Of a stretch of 64,000 nt of DNA, positions 29,045 to 39,548 are shown piece after piece. Both the position numbers and the translations under genes were made by a program. This DNA is from an uncultured Enterobacteriaceae bacterium (GTDB taxonomy: Bacteria; Desulfobacterota; Binatia; Bin18), in NCBI GenBank assembly GCA_964495015.1, contig CAZBUD010000009.1:3371-67370 (forward strand), given 5' to 3'. The first letter of the stretch is position 1, and every line of letters begins with the position of its first letter. Below the pieces are notes generated by a model. The model had not been told where the DNA came from and ran no database searches. It worked only from the letters and a program-made list of their open reading frames with translations.

Positions 29045-29896
29045 ATGGACATTGGCGTTTTTAGCTATAACACCGAATACTCTATGCCGGCTGATGAGCT
29101 GGCGGTCGCCTGCGAAGAGCGCGGGTATGAATCGTTATGGCTGCCAGAGCATACGCATATTCCAGCCAGCCGGGAGTCACCTTTTCCTGGTGGTGGGGAG
29201 TTACCCAAAGAATATGTCCATATGTCAGATCCCTTCATCGGACTGGCCGCTGCAGCTGCGGTGACGAAGAAAATCAAACTGGGCACAGGCATCTCTCTCG
29301 TTGTTGAACACGATCCTATAGTTCAGGCCAAGCAGGTGGCATCGCTAGATCGAATTTCGAACGGTCGCTTTCTGTTCGGGATTGGTGCGGGCTGGAATAA
29401 GGAAGAAATGCTCAATCATGGCACGCCGCCAAATCGACGTTGGAAGGTCTTGACCGAACGGATCGAGGCCATGCAGGAACTGTGGACCCAAGACGAAGCC
29501 TCGTATCACGGCGAGTTTGTGAACTTCGACCGGGTGTGGTCCTATCCCAAGCCCATGACTACACCTTATCCGCCGATTCTGCTCGGCAGTATGAGTTCGA
29601 AGATCGGACTCAAGCGTGTCGTTGAGCTGTGTGACGGCTGGATTCCGGTTGCTGCGGCGGTCGAGGATTTGCCGGGATCGATTGCCAAACTGCACGAACA
29701 CGCCAAGGAAGTCGGGCGCGATCCGCAGTCTATTCCGATCACCTGTTTTTGTACCAATGCACCAAAACCTCATATTCTGGAACGCTTTCAAAACCAGGGT
29801 GCGGTGCGTACCGTTGTTCGAATTCCAACTGAAGGACGTGATAGCGTGCTCGCCTTCTTAGATCAGTATTCAGAGATGATACAAAAATTTATTTGA
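29045..29896 (+). CDS. LLM class, probable F420-dependent oxidoreductase (Rv2161c-like)
   Basis: ESLWLPEHTHIPASRESPFP, DPFIGL, EHDPI, SNGRFLFGIGAGWN. Confidence 0.88.
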   Translation: MDIGVFSYNTEYSMPADELAVACEERGYESLWLPEHTHIPASRESPFPGGGELPKEYVHMSDPFIGLAAAAAVTKKIKLGTGISLVVEHDPIVQAKQVASLDRISNGRFLFGIGAGWNKEEMLNHGTPPNRRWKVLTERIEAMQELWTQDEASYHGEFVNFDRVWSYPKPMTTPYPPILLGSMSSKIGLKRVVELCDGWIPVAAAVEDLPGSIAKLHEHAKEVGRDPQSIPITCFCTNAPKPHILERFQNQGAVRTVVRIPTEGRDSVLAFLDQYSEMIQKFI

Positions 29897-29953
29897 TATT
29901 CTGTGTCATATTGTTATGAAGAGGACATCCTAGTCATAAGAGGGAGGGATGTT

Positions 29954-30340
29954 ATGGCCTCGTTCATGGGATCGTACGGGGGGCAGACGTACGCGCTGAT
30001 GCGCATTGTCTTGGGATTCACGTTCTTGGCTCACGGCAGCCAAAAGCTCCTAGGGTTTCCGCTACCTCCGCCAGAGGCGCCGGCGTTTGTCCTCTATACC
30101 GCAGGCACTATCGAGTTAGTCGGGGGCGCTCTCATCATGATTGGGCTGATGACAAGCTGGGCTGCGTTTATCGCCAGCGGCTTGATGGCTGCCGCTTACT
30201 GGATGATGCACGGTGGGAACGCGCTCCTGCCGATCCAAAATGGAGGCGAACTGGCCGTGGTGTACTGTTTCGCTTTTCTGTTCATCTCCGCCCACGGAGC
30301 AGGGATGTGGAGTGTGGACGCCGGGCGTAGCAGCGCGTAG
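29954..30340 (+). CDS. DoxX family membrane protein
   Basis: LMRIVLGFTFLAHGSQKL, ELVGG, NGGELAVVYCF. Confidence 0.88.
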   Translation: MASFMGSYGGQTYALMRIVLGFTFLAHGSQKLLGFPLPPPEAPAFVLYTAGTIELVGGALIMIGLMTSWAAFIASGLMAAAYWMMHGGNALLPIQNGGELAVVYCFAFLFISAHGAGMWSVDAGRSSA

Positions 30341-30393
30341 CCAGATGGTCTTGTCCTAGCGCGCTTCGGGTAACAAAGCGCGCGAGATACAAG

Positions 30394-31238
30394 ATGCCTA
30401 TGAGGGGTGGGGTTGAGGCTGGCCGAACAAAATTCTTGTGTATCGTCGGGACTGAACCTGACGATATTCACGCTGGGGTAAGCGTTGCGATCCGGTGGCC
30501 AACTGGGGCACTCGCGCAAACTACCAGGTTCTTTCAGCCGCACACACAAAACGGCACTTTCAGAGCTGTCGGCATCGGTTCCTTTGGCCCGATTGACCCA
30601 AAGCCGGACTCACTAACATTTGGCTATATCACCAGCAGGCCGTACCCATCGGCTTTGACTTCGACGTGAATGTAGCTGGCCTGGGAGAAGGCCTCTGGGG
30701 TGCAGCACATTGCTTAGACACCTTTGTATGTCTCACCTCGGTACAGGCATCGGCGGGAAGCATGGTCAACGGTGCTCGGATGCATGGCATAATGCACCCG
30801 GAAATGGGTCACCTACACGTTCCGCATGATATGCAGGCTGATCCGTTTCCGGGGCTGTGTCCCCCTCACAGCGATTGCCTTGAGGGGCTGGCCTCCGGTC
30901 CGGCGTTAGAAAAGCGATGGGGTAAGCCAGGAGAAGATCTTCCGGAAGATCTTCCGGCCTGGGAGCTTGAAGCCCACTATCTTGCTTTGGGTCTCGTCAA
31001 TATCCTAGGCGTCCTCTCACCGCAAAGTTTTGTCTTGGGTGGTGGAGTGATGGAACAATCGCACCTTCTGCCACTGATCCGGAAGAACGTTAAGCAGCCT
31101 CTCAACAACTACCTGCAGCACCCTGCCGTGCTGGAGCAGATCGGCGATTCTATTGTCCTGCCTCAATTGGGCCAGAAAGCCGGTGTTTTCGGCGCGCTTG
31201 CTCTTGCGCAAGTAACCGACCCTACCCGAGCGAAATAA
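30394..31238 (+). pseudogene. ROK family fructokinase, frameshifted and internally deleted
   Basis: GVEAGRTKF (from GGTKF), GIGSFGPID, then a second frame with HPEMGH, HSDCLEGLASG, VLGGGV. Split across 30394-30669 and 30666-31238. Confidence 0.8.
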
Positions 31239-31392
31239 TTCCTGGTATATCTGCCGGCCTCAGAGTGTGTTTAATAAGTGTGTCTGTGGCCAAAGCCCGT
31301 GCGAAAGCAGCAGGTCCAGCGTTGTCCCGAATGTACGTTTTGGACATACTCTCAAAACACGACTGTATTGGTGAAGAGGGGAGAAGGTCTCT

Positions 31393-31920
31393 ATGGCTGA
31401 GCATCTATATCCGTCGCATGTGAAAGTGGGCGAGAATCGATTCCGCGAACGGTACGGGCTCGACTTTGAGGAGTTTCAAGTCGGGCAGGTGTTCAAACAT
31501 CGTCCGGGTTTGACCATCACCCAGCAAGACAATATCGAAGACGCCTTCGACACTCTCAACCAGGCCATGATACATTTTGACGCGAACTATGCATCCAAGA
31601 CAGAATGGAAAAAGCCTTTGGTGGTCAGCACGCTGACCCTGCAGCGTCTCATTGGCATGACGTGGAAAACGTTTTTCAAAAAAATACGGATCCTGGGTTG
31701 GTCCGCTCTCAACATGACAGCTCCGGTTTTTGGCGGGGATACGCTCTACGCTGAGACGGAGATTAAGGCCAAACAGGACATTGAAGGCGATCCCTCCTGT
31801 GGCAAGCTGAGGGTTGAGACTCGAGGCACAAATCAGGATGACAAAACTGTGTGTACGATGGAATATGACATGCTGGTGTATAAGCGTGACCATGCCCCGT
31901 TTGAGCAGGCGAATTATTAG
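31393..31920 (+). CDS. MaoC-like dehydratase (FkbR2-type), copy A
   Basis: FEEFQVGQVFKHRPGLTIT, NQAMIHFD, PVFGGDTLYAE, NQDDKTVC. Confidence 0.85.
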   Translation: MAEHLYPSHVKVGENRFRERYGLDFEEFQVGQVFKHRPGLTITQQDNIEDAFDTLNQAMIHFDANYASKTEWKKPLVVSTLTLQRLIGMTWKTFFKKIRILGWSALNMTAPVFGGDTLYAETEIKAKQDIEGDPSCGKLRVETRGTNQDDKTVCTMEYDMLVYKRDHAPFEQANY

Positions 31921-31967
31921 CCGAGGCACAGCTTGCTGCGCCCCTGTATCGAAAGACGAGGGACAAA

Positions 31968-32492
31968 ATGATGAGCAATTTCTATTCACATCGTAAGCTC
32001 GCAGACAATGTTTTTATGGAAATCGCGGGTGTTGAGTTCGAAGACTTTGAAGTTGGCCAGGTCTTTGAACATCGTCCGGGACGAACGTTTACGGTTGAGG
32101 AAAACCGCCAGCATACGTTTCGGTCTGCGGATCTTTTGGCACGTAATGCAGACGCCGTGTACAACCAAAAGGTCTACGGTGGGGAAGACGTGATTAATGA
32201 GACCTTGGTGCTCAGCACCGTAACCGCTATGACGACTAAGACGTTTAACAAAGTCGTGGCTAACCTCGGCTGGACGGATGTGAAGCTTCCCACGAGAGTA
32301 AAGGCTGGAGACACGGTCTATGCCGAGTCTGAGTTGCTGGGCAAACGCGCATCGAAGTCTCGGCCGGCCCAGGCGGTTCTACATGTCCGCACCCGTGCGG
32401 TGAATCAACATGACGATGAAGTGTGTTCGTTTGAGCGTAAGCTCCTGATCTATAAACGAGGGTTAGGACCGTACGAAGACGCTGGATATTAA
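31968..32492 (+). CDS. MaoC-like dehydratase (FkbR2-type), copy B, lacking the catalytic His
   Basis: FEDFEVGQVFEHRPGRTFT, VKAGDTVYAESE, NQHDDEVCSFER. Confidence 0.82.
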   Translation: MMSNFYSHRKLADNVFMEIAGVEFEDFEVGQVFEHRPGRTFTVEENRQHTFRSADLLARNADAVYNQKVYGGEDVINETLVLSTVTAMTTKTFNKVVANLGWTDVKLPTRVKAGDTVYAESELLGKRASKSRPAQAVLHVRTRAVNQHDDEVCSFERKLLIYKRGLGPYEDAGY

Positions 32493-32519
32493 ACTCTTCC
32501 AATAACGAGGTGGCCGAGG

Positions 32520-32927
32520 ATGAACCAACTCGAAGAAGGCAAAGAACTTACTGTAGATTTTAAGAAGCTAGGTAAGGTAGCCGAAACCGCCAAGGACGTG
32601 ATCCCGGTCGTGCTGCAACACGCCGAGACTGGCGATGTCCTGTTCGTCGGATACGCTAACGATCTGGCCCTCAAAGAAACGCTCAAAACCAAGCAGGCTG
32701 TCCTCTGGTCCACGTCGCGTAACGAACTGTGGCGCAAGGGTGCGACCTCAGGCGATGTGCTCGATCTCGTTGACGTCCGGATTAATTGTGAGCAGAACTC
32801 GGTGCTCTACCGGGTGATTCCGCGTAAGCGCGGTGTGTGTCACACCAAAGACCCGGAGGGGAATGCTCGCCAAACGTGTTATTATCGCCAGGCTCTCGAC
32901 TCTGCCCAAGGCCTTGAATTCGTCTAG
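32520..32927 (+). CDS. hisI: Phosphoribosyl-AMP cyclohydrolase (divergent)
   Basis: WSTSRNELWRKGATSG, C...CH...C zinc ligands. DCDxD is replaced by NCEQN. Confidence 0.82.
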   Translation: MNQLEEGKELTVDFKKLGKVAETAKDVIPVVLQHAETGDVLFVGYANDLALKETLKTKQAVLWSTSRNELWRKGATSGDVLDLVDVRINCEQNSVLYRVIPRKRGVCHTKDPEGNARQTCYYRQALDSAQGLEFV

Positions 32928-32941
32928 GTTGATCTTGAAAG

Positions 32942-32968
32942 ATAGGCGGGGTAACCCCGCCCGTACGA
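32942..32968. repeat. REP-like palindrome
   Basis: ATAGGCGGGGGTAACCCCGCCCGTAC; a similar copy lies near 50683-50702 on the minus strand. Confidence 0.5.
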
Positions 32969-33007
32969 TTCTGCCCAGTCGCATGCACCATACGCAGGTG
33001 GTCTTGG

Positions 33008-33964
33008 TTAGGACGGGTTTAACACGCGAACCGGAGCGCCATTCAAAAAGGCTTGGATGTTTGCCACCGTCTCATCGAAGAAAATCTTATACGTCTCCGT
33101 TGTCACGTAGCCTATGTGTGGGGTGATGACCGTATTGTCTAGATTTCTTAGCGGGTGATCGAGTGCTAGCGGCTCCTCATCAAACACGTCCAAGCCTGCT
33201 CCGGCAATGATTCCTTTTTGTAGGGCCTCGATAAGCGCCGCCTCGTCTAGTATCGGTCCGCGTGAAGTGTTGATTAAATACGCCGTTGGTTTCATGTTGC
33301 CAAGCTCAGGACTCCCGATGAGGCCAGATGAACGTTTGCCCAATACTAAATGGATGGAAAGAATATCTGCGCGTGCCAGGAGGTCGTCTTTACTCACCAA
33401 GGTCACGCCGCATTCGGTGGCACGCGCCGGCGAAAGATTTTGACTCCAGGCAATTACGTCCATTTGAAATGCGTTGCCGACTTTTGCAACCTGTGCTCCT
33501 AACCGCCCCAGGCCCATGAGACCGAGTGTTTTGCCGCCGAGCCCCAGGCCCATACTCACCTGCCACTGACCGGCGCGTGTTGCCTGGTCTTCGCGTGGGA
33601 TATGCCGCAGGAGCGATAAGATAAGTCCCCAGGTGAGCTCTGCGGTTGGATACAAGACGCCGCCTGTCCCACACACCAGGACGCCGCAGTCTGTTGCTGC
33701 GCGCATATCGATGGCTGCGTTGCGCATACCTGTTGTGGTCAGGAGTTTGAGACTGGGTAGTTGTTCAAGTAAACTGCGTGGAAAGGGCGTACGCTCGCGC
33801 ATGGCCATCACAATGTCAAAATCCTCGAGACGCTGTACCACCGCGTCTTGGTCTTTCAAATGATCTTGAAAAATCTGGACTTCAACTCCGGTAGGTAGAA
33901 CAGTCCAGTCGATCATCCGCTGAGCGGCCTGTTGGTAATCATCGAGAACGGCAACGCGTGGCAT
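33008..33964 (-). CDS. D-isomer-specific 2-hydroxyacid dehydrogenase
   Basis: RVAVLDDYQ, MRERTPF, GLGRLG NAD motif, INTSRGP, TPHIGY. Confidence 0.9.
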   Translation of the reverse strand: MPRVAVLDDYQQAAQRMIDWTVLPTGVEVQIFQDHLKDQDAVVQRLEDFDIVMAMRERTPFPRSLLEQLPSLKLLTTTGMRNAAIDMRAATDCGVLVCGTGGVLYPTAELTWGLILSLLRHIPREDQATRAGQWQVSMGLGLGGKTLGLMGLGRLGAQVAKVGNAFQMDVIAWSQNLSPARATECGVTLVSKDDLLARADILSIHLVLGKRSSGLIGSPELGNMKPTAYLINTSRGPILDEAALIEALQKGIIAGAGLDVFDEEPLALDHPLRNLDNTVITPHIGYVTTETYKIFFDETVANIQAFLNGAPVRVLNPS

Positions 33965-33985
33965 AAGTGTGTCTCCGTATTACTC

Positions 33986-34972
33986 TCATTTCTGGATGCG
34001 AACGAATTTTTGCAGCACATGGCCGTCGAGTGGGATTAAGCCTTGTCTCCCTCCAGCGCTATAGTTCACCTCGCTCACGTATAAATCTCCTCGTGAGTCA
34101 GCCCAGATGCCATGTGGCGCATAGAAATTGCCGGGCTCTAACCCATGCCCACCAAAGCGGGTTTGCACCTCCCCATCCAGGGTGAGGACGGTGACACAGG
34201 CAGGAGGCTCATGTGGCGGAACGGCGGCTCCCATATCATTCGGCATACTGGCGACTTTGAAGCCGAGCTCCGCGACGAAGAGATTTTCATCTTCGTCGAT
34301 ATACAGATCGTCCGGCCGGTTTACGTGCGTCCACTCGGTGACATACTCTCCCGCGCCGGTAAAAATCTGAATGCGCGAGTTTTCACGATCGGCGACATAT
34401 ACTTGCCCGCGTCGGTCGACTGCAATCGCATGCGGTATTTTGAATTGTCCCGGACCACTGCCAGGCTCGCCCCACGAGAATTGTAAGACTCCTCCCGCAG
34501 AGAACTTGTGGACACGGGCGTTGCCATAGCCATCGGCGATGTACATATCGCCCTCTGGTGACAACGCAACATTCGTGACCATATTGAACGGACCCGATGC
34601 CTGTTGGACCGGCGTTGTCCACGCTTTAAAGCCAGTGTCGGCTGGTTTATCTTTCTCGCCGAGCGTTTTGATGAGGGTGCCATCCGGCTTAAAGATGCGG
34701 ACAGTGTGATCAAAATTATCGGCGCAGTAGATGCTGTCATCCGGACCGATAAAGATGCCGTGTGCGTTGGTAAAGACGTCTTCTCCCCAGGCGTCTAAAA
34801 ATTTGCCGTCCCGATCAAAGACAATCATAGGATGTACGCCGCGATTAAACGCATACACCCGGTCTTGTGAGTCTGTCGCCACTCCAGCGACCTCGACATA
34901 TGACCAGCCTTCCGGCAATCGTTCCCAGCCTTCGATAACTTCGTATTCTACCTTGTTTTGTCCCCGGGCCAT
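33986..34972 (-). CDS. NHL-repeat beta-propeller (peptidyl-alpha-hydroxyglycine alpha-amidating lyase family)
   Basis: Repeated NHL units: AHGIFIG, YIADGYGNARVHKF, PHAIAVD...YVADRENSRIQIF, PHGIWADSRGDLYV. Confidence 0.85.
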   Translation of the reverse strand: MARGQNKVEYEVIEGWERLPEGWSYVEVAGVATDSQDRVYAFNRGVHPMIVFDRDGKFLDAWGEDVFTNAHGIFIGPDDSIYCADNFDHTVRIFKPDGTLIKTLGEKDKPADTGFKAWTTPVQQASGPFNMVTNVALSPEGDMYIADGYGNARVHKFSAGGVLQFSWGEPGSGPGQFKIPHAIAVDRRGQVYVADRENSRIQIFTGAGEYVTEWTHVNRPDDLYIDEDENLFVAELGFKVASMPNDMGAAVPPHEPPACVTVLTLDGEVQTRFGGHGLEPGNFYAPHGIWADSRGDLYVSEVNYSAGGRQGLIPLDGHVLQKFVRIQK

Positions 34973-34984
34973 GTTTCCCTTCCT

Positions 34985-35431
34985 TTACGAAACCCGTTTA
35001 TCGAGCTGCACTACGATGCCGTCGGGATCTTTAAACAAGATTGTCATGACTTTGCCCCCCGGCTCTTCGCCATAGGTGACGCTATCAAAGGTTGTGGGCG
35101 GCATGACGATAGGCACACCGGCTGCTTGTACTTTCTCGAACGTCTCTTCGAGGTCATCCACCCAAAAGGCAAAATGGTGAATGCCGACTTGATTGAGATT
35201 AATTGCCTCCCCCGAAATAGGATGATTCTCGGACAGCACAATAAAAGTAGCATCTGGCCCGTCTTCCCAGCGCAGATAAACGCCGTGGCGCGGCTTAGGG
35301 AGCGCGCCGCCTGGATTTTCCTTGGGATCGTCGAGGGTGACCTTGAGGCCCAGGAGGTCTCGGTAAAATTTGAGTGACTGCTCCATATTGCTCACCCCAA
35401 GAGCGATATGTGACGTGCTACGAATTTTCAT
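34985..35431 (-). CDS. VOC/glyoxalase family protein
   Basis: SHIALGVSNMEQSLKFYRDLLG, HHFAFWVDD, FKDPDG. ATG at 35431 with GGAG RBS. Confidence 0.88.
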   Translation of the reverse strand: MKIRSTSHIALGVSNMEQSLKFYRDLLGLKVTLDDPKENPGGALPKPRHGVYLRWEDGPDATFIVLSENHPISGEAINLNQVGIHHFAFWVDDLEETFEKVQAAGVPIVMPPTTFDSVTYGEEPGGKVMTILFKDPDGIVVQLDKRVS

Positions 35432-35459
35432 ATTCTCCCTCCTTAGTGCTAAAGCGCTC

Positions 35460-36239
35460 TCATCTGCCCGTCCAATTGGGTTCACGTTTCTCAAGAAACG
35501 CACGTAACCCTTCCTGTTGGTCTGCTGACACGAAACACTCGGTCGCAGCTTCATTTTCGACCATAATTGCTGTGTCAATGTCAACGTTTCGGTTACGGGC
35601 AAAACATTGCTTGACTTGGGCTACGGCAATCGGCCCACGGTGCGCCAGTTTGTTAACCAGGGCCTGGACAGTTTCGTCGAGTGCTTCTGGTGTCACACAA
35701 GAATTGATCAGCCCGATCCGCTCGGCTTCAGCTGCATCGATAATATCACCCGTCATGCCGAGCTCTTTGGCTTTTGTTTCACCGATCAAACGGGGCAAAA
35801 TATGTGTCGCACCATCGGTCATGGGTTGATTGATGTTGACCTCGGCCGAGCCTATGCGTGCTGCTGCTGAGGCAATCCGGAAATCACATACGAGCGTCAA
35901 CTCAAAGCCTGCCCCAACGGTAATACCATTAATGGCTGCTATCGTCGGCTTCGGTAACGTGCGAACAAACGACCAGACTTGTGTCAGCTCGTTCAGAAAA
36001 GTTCGAAAGTCTTCCAGGCGTGCGTCCCGCATAACCTTGATATCGGCGCCAGCACAAAACCCGCGTCCCGCCCCAGTAAAGACGATAGCGCGAACGCTTG
36101 CGTCCGCTTGGCCAACTTCGCACGCTTGCTTCAGACTCCCGACGAGAGACGGCGAGATGGCATTCAGCACGCTTGGTCTATTCAGGGTGATCCACGCCGC
36201 ATAACCACGCTTTTCGTACAGCAGATCTTGTAGCTCCAT
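35460..36239 (-). CDS. Enoyl-CoA hydratase/isomerase
   Basis: ITLNRP, FCAGADI, GAGFELTLVCD, AFLEKREPNW. Confidence 0.9.
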   Translation of the reverse strand: MELQDLLYEKRGYAAWITLNRPSVLNAISPSLVGSLKQACEVGQADASVRAIVFTGAGRGFCAGADIKVMRDARLEDFRTFLNELTQVWSFVRTLPKPTIAAINGITVGAGFELTLVCDFRIASAAARIGSAEVNINQPMTDGATHILPRLIGETKAKELGMTGDIIDAAEAERIGLINSCVTPEALDETVQALVNKLAHRGPIAVAQVKQCFARNRNVDIDTAIMVENEAATECFVSADQQEGLRAFLEKREPNWTGR

Positions 36240-36329
36240 GATCGTCCCTCCTCGAGGAGAACATGACACGCCGGACTTCAAATTGCCAGGCTTCGTTCGA
36301 TAGCCTAGGGCGTGAGTGGAGGATGACGT

Positions 36330-37802
36330 TTAGCTGTGAGGCGTTTGCTGGGCTTGACGAATCAACGCCTCTTTGCGCTCGTGTAGACTGCGCTCTAGAC
36401 CAATACGATAGTCATGCGGATCATTCAATTTCCTGACCGTAGCTGGAAGCTGAGCGAGTTGTGTTTGCGTACGTCCCCGTATCTGTGCCAAGCTCGGTTC
36501 CGTGTAAACGGCTTTGCCGGTGCGAAATACGGGCACGAGCAGGTCGGTCCAAGCGGCCTGTGCTGAGATAGTGTGGCTCTGGGTTGGATCTTCAAGATTC
36601 ACCGCCGAACAGGACGCCGGAATCCCGTATTCCTTGTCATAGATGACGTCCTCAAGGAATTCCAGAGCATGATACCGTCGGACCTGCAGAATGCCGGGAT
36701 TGTTCACTTTCTCCGCATCTTCGGAGAGTTTGATCTTCTCTTGCCATTTCCCGCGGGAGTCACGAATAGCGGTTAATTTATACACGCCACCTAAGGCTGG
36801 CTGGTCATATGCGGTAACTAAATTCGTTCCTACGCCCCAGACATTGATCGTCGCGCCCTGGGCCTTTAGCTGCTCGATTGCGCGCTCGTCCAGGTCATTG
36901 CTGCCAACGATATTGGCATTCTGAAAGCCTGCCTCATCCAGAATTTTACGCGCCTCAATACTGAGCTGAGAAAAGTCCCCCGAGTCGAGCCGTATGCCGA
37001 CCATTTCATGGCCTCGTTTGCGCAGCCAGTGACCGACCTGAGCAGCTTTGCGTACGCCTTCGAGTGTGTTGTACGTATCGACTAAAAAGATACAGTTATT
37101 CGGCATGGCCTCGGCATAGGCTTGAAACGATTCAAGTTCATCTGCAAAGGCCATAACCCAACTATGCGCGTGCGTTCCACGCACGGGAATGCCGAACAAC
37201 TTCCCAGCCAGGACATTCGACGTTGCCGCACAACCGCCGATATAGGCGGCGCGACTTGCGGCTAAGGCTCCGTCAATACCTTGGGCACGCCGCAGGCCGA
37301 ATTCGAGGATGGGGTCGCCTTTGGTGGCTAAGCACACGCGGGCGGCCTTGGTCGCAATCAAAGTTTGAAAGTTGATTAAGTTCAGCAGGACGGTCTCGAT
37401 AAGCTGGCACTGGAGAATTGGACCTTGAACACGTATCAGAGGCTCGTGCGCAAAGACTACTGTGCCTTCAGGGATCGCATCAACATGACAGCTGAATCGA
37501 AGGGCTTGCAGATAGTCGAGAAAGGCAGGGTCAAATAATGACTTGTCATCTGCTCCCGTGAGATCAGCCAGATAGGCGGTGTCTTCCGCATCAAAACGAA
37601 AACGGTCAAGCAGATCGAGCGCGTAACTCAGTCCACACGCGATACTAAATCCGCCCTGAAAGGGGTTCTGGCGAAAGAAGAGATGGAACACGGCCTCTTT
37701 ATCCGCCATGTCTGACTTCCAGTAGCCGTACGCCATGGTGAGCTGGTAGAGGTCGGTCAGCAAAGCGAGGGAGTGATTGTACAGCTCAGACGGGATGCGC
37801 AT
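36330..37802 (-). CDS. pncB: Nicotinate phosphoribosyltransferase
   Basis: [45 protein letters not shown]. Confidence 0.93.
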   Translation of the reverse strand: MRIPSELYNHSLALLTDLYQLTMAYGYWKSDMADKEAVFHLFFRQNPFQGGFSIACGLSYALDLLDRFRFDAEDTAYLADLTGADDKSLFDPAFLDYLQALRFSCHVDAIPEGTVVFAHEPLIRVQGPILQCQLIETVLLNLINFQTLIATKAARVCLATKGDPILEFGLRRAQGIDGALAASRAAYIGGCAATSNVLAGKLFGIPVRGTHAHSWVMAFADELESFQAYAEAMPNNCIFLVDTYNTLEGVRKAAQVGHWLRKRGHEMVGIRLDSGDFSQLSIEARKILDEAGFQNANIVGSNDLDERAIEQLKAQGATINVWGVGTNLVTAYDQPALGGVYKLTAIRDSRGKWQEKIKLSEDAEKVNNPGILQVRRYHALEFLEDVIYDKEYGIPASCSAVNLEDPTQSHTISAQAAWTDLLVPVFRTGKAVYTEPSLAQIRGRTQTQLAQLPATVRKLNDPHDYRIGLERSLHERKEALIRQAQQTPHS

Positions 37803-37939
37803 ACGGTTGCTCTTATGAGTCAGAGTGTATGCAAAGTCATGCAGGACGGAAAGAGGGCGAGTGGGCTATGGCCGAGACGATACGGGCAGATGAGAGGGAT
37901 AGAGAGGCTCTCAGTGCGAAAGCCTCTCTCCTGTAAGTG

Positions 37940-39511
37940 CTATTCGAGATTAGCCTCAATCAGGACAGGTCCGGGGGTCCTGAAGGCATATTGGAGGGCG
38001 TCGTTCAGCTCGTGTGCGCTATGCACAGCGCGCCCCTCCACGCCAAAGCCTTCGGCCAGCTTCACAAAGCCGATTTCCGGTTTGTCCAAGCTTGTTAGCG
38101 ACAGGCTGGCATCCCCTGGTGTCATCTTGGCACGTTCCATTTCCCAACGCAGGATCGAGTAAGCACGATTCTTACATATAATACTCGTCACGTTTTGTTT
38201 CTCGCGAGCCATGGTCCACAGAGACTGTATCGTATAGAGCGATGAGCCATCGCCTTCGAGACAAATTGTTGGACGATCCGGTTCTGCCGCTGCTGCACCA
38301 ACTGCACACGGAAGACCCTGACCAATAGAACCACCGGTGAGGGCCATATAGGTAAACGGCGGCGCCCCACCTGCCATACCGTGGTAGGCAAACCCCGCAG
38401 TTGCGCCTTCATCCATCACAATCGCCCCTTCGGGTTGGGCAGCTGCAAGCGCCTGACACATATTGGCCGCAGTCAGTGGGCCGGTCGGGGGCTCCGGGCG
38501 TGGCTGTTCAGGCGCCTGGCGGACCGGAGGCGCATCCAGGGCGTCTGCTGCAGCCATGAGGGCTGTAGCTGGATCAACGCTGGGGCTACACAGCTGGATG
38601 ATGTCTGCGTCTTCCGCGCACAAGCTGCTGCGTGTATTGGGATAGCCAAAAAACGCAACTGGCTCATGCGCGCCGGCTAAGATGATTTTTTTGTATGGCT
38701 CTAAAAGCTGGCACGCAGGCTCAGGCGGGTAGGGAATTTTATCCGGAGAGATCAAGCCTATGCCGCGATCCTGAATGGGCGGAAAAGTCGGCGTGAGGAC
38801 ACGGCAGCCGGTCGCCCGCTGGATGCGGTCCGCTGCCTGCAAGCCCGCGGTTCGGAGTGCACTGCCACTCAGTACCAGAGCTGCCAGACCCGAACGCAGC
38901 GCTTTGGCTGCTTGTTCAGTCTCGTCAACACGCGGAGGCGTAGACTCAGCAATCGTAGGCTTCTCCGGCTTGGCATTGACCGTGGCCCATTGCATATCCC
39001 CTGGTAGAATCAGCGTCGTTGGTCCGGTTGGCAATTGCGCCGCGCGGGCGATGACCTCAGCCATATCTTGGCCGACCGTCTCAGGTCTTTTTGAGGTAAG
39101 CACGAACTGTGACATGGGCTGGGCCAGCGTAGCAATATCCGCCGTCAGCGGTGCGTTGGCTGCAATATGCCACGTAGCATGTTCACCCACGATGGAGACC
39201 ACGGGCGAATGTGCTTTGCGCGCGTTGTGCAAATTCGCCTGTCCATTCGCTAGCCCTGGCCCTAAATGCAGCAAGGCGAGCGCCGGTCGTCCGCTGATGC
39301 GCGCATAGCCGTCCGCCGCGCCCGTACACACCCCTTCAAATACGGCCAAGACTGAACGGATGCTCGGGCAACGGTCCAACGCTTGAACCAGATAGAGTTC
39401 GGTCGTACCAGGATTCGCAAAGCACACGTCGATGCCGGCGGCGGCAGCGGTCTGAATGGCGAGCTCCGCGCCGGTTAGTGGTTCGGCAACTGTTTGTGAC
39501 TCCATCGTCAT
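37940..39511 (-). CDS. Thiamine-diphosphate-dependent enzyme (acetolactate synthase large subunit-like)
   Basis: FANPGTTE, EGVCTGAADGY, GDGSSLY...N TPP motif. Confidence 0.88.
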   Translation of the reverse strand: MTMESQTVAEPLTGAELAIQTAAAAGIDVCFANPGTTELYLVQALDRCPSIRSVLAVFEGVCTGAADGYARISGRPALALLHLGPGLANGQANLHNARKAHSPVVSIVGEHATWHIAANAPLTADIATLAQPMSQFVLTSKRPETVGQDMAEVIARAAQLPTGPTTLILPGDMQWATVNAKPEKPTIAESTPPRVDETEQAAKALRSGLAALVLSGSALRTAGLQAADRIQRATGCRVLTPTFPPIQDRGIGLISPDKIPYPPEPACQLLEPYKKIILAGAHEPVAFFGYPNTRSSLCAEDADIIQLCSPSVDPATALMAAADALDAPPVRQAPEQPRPEPPTGPLTAANMCQALAAAQPEGAIVMDEGATAGFAYHGMAGGAPPFTYMALTGGSIGQGLPCAVGAAAAEPDRPTICLEGDGSSLYTIQSLWTMAREKQNVTSIICKNRAYSILRWEMERAKMTPGDASLSLTSLDKPEIGFVKLAEGFGVEGRAVHSAHELNDALQYAFRTPGPVLIEANLE

Positions 39512-39548
39512 ACGGTATTCTCTCCTTGCTTACGTCTGCACATTAGCT

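Noticed and set aside
30943-30966. 12-bp tandem duplication GAAGATCTTCCG x2
   Set aside because: Only two copies, in frame within the ROK pseudogene; not an array.
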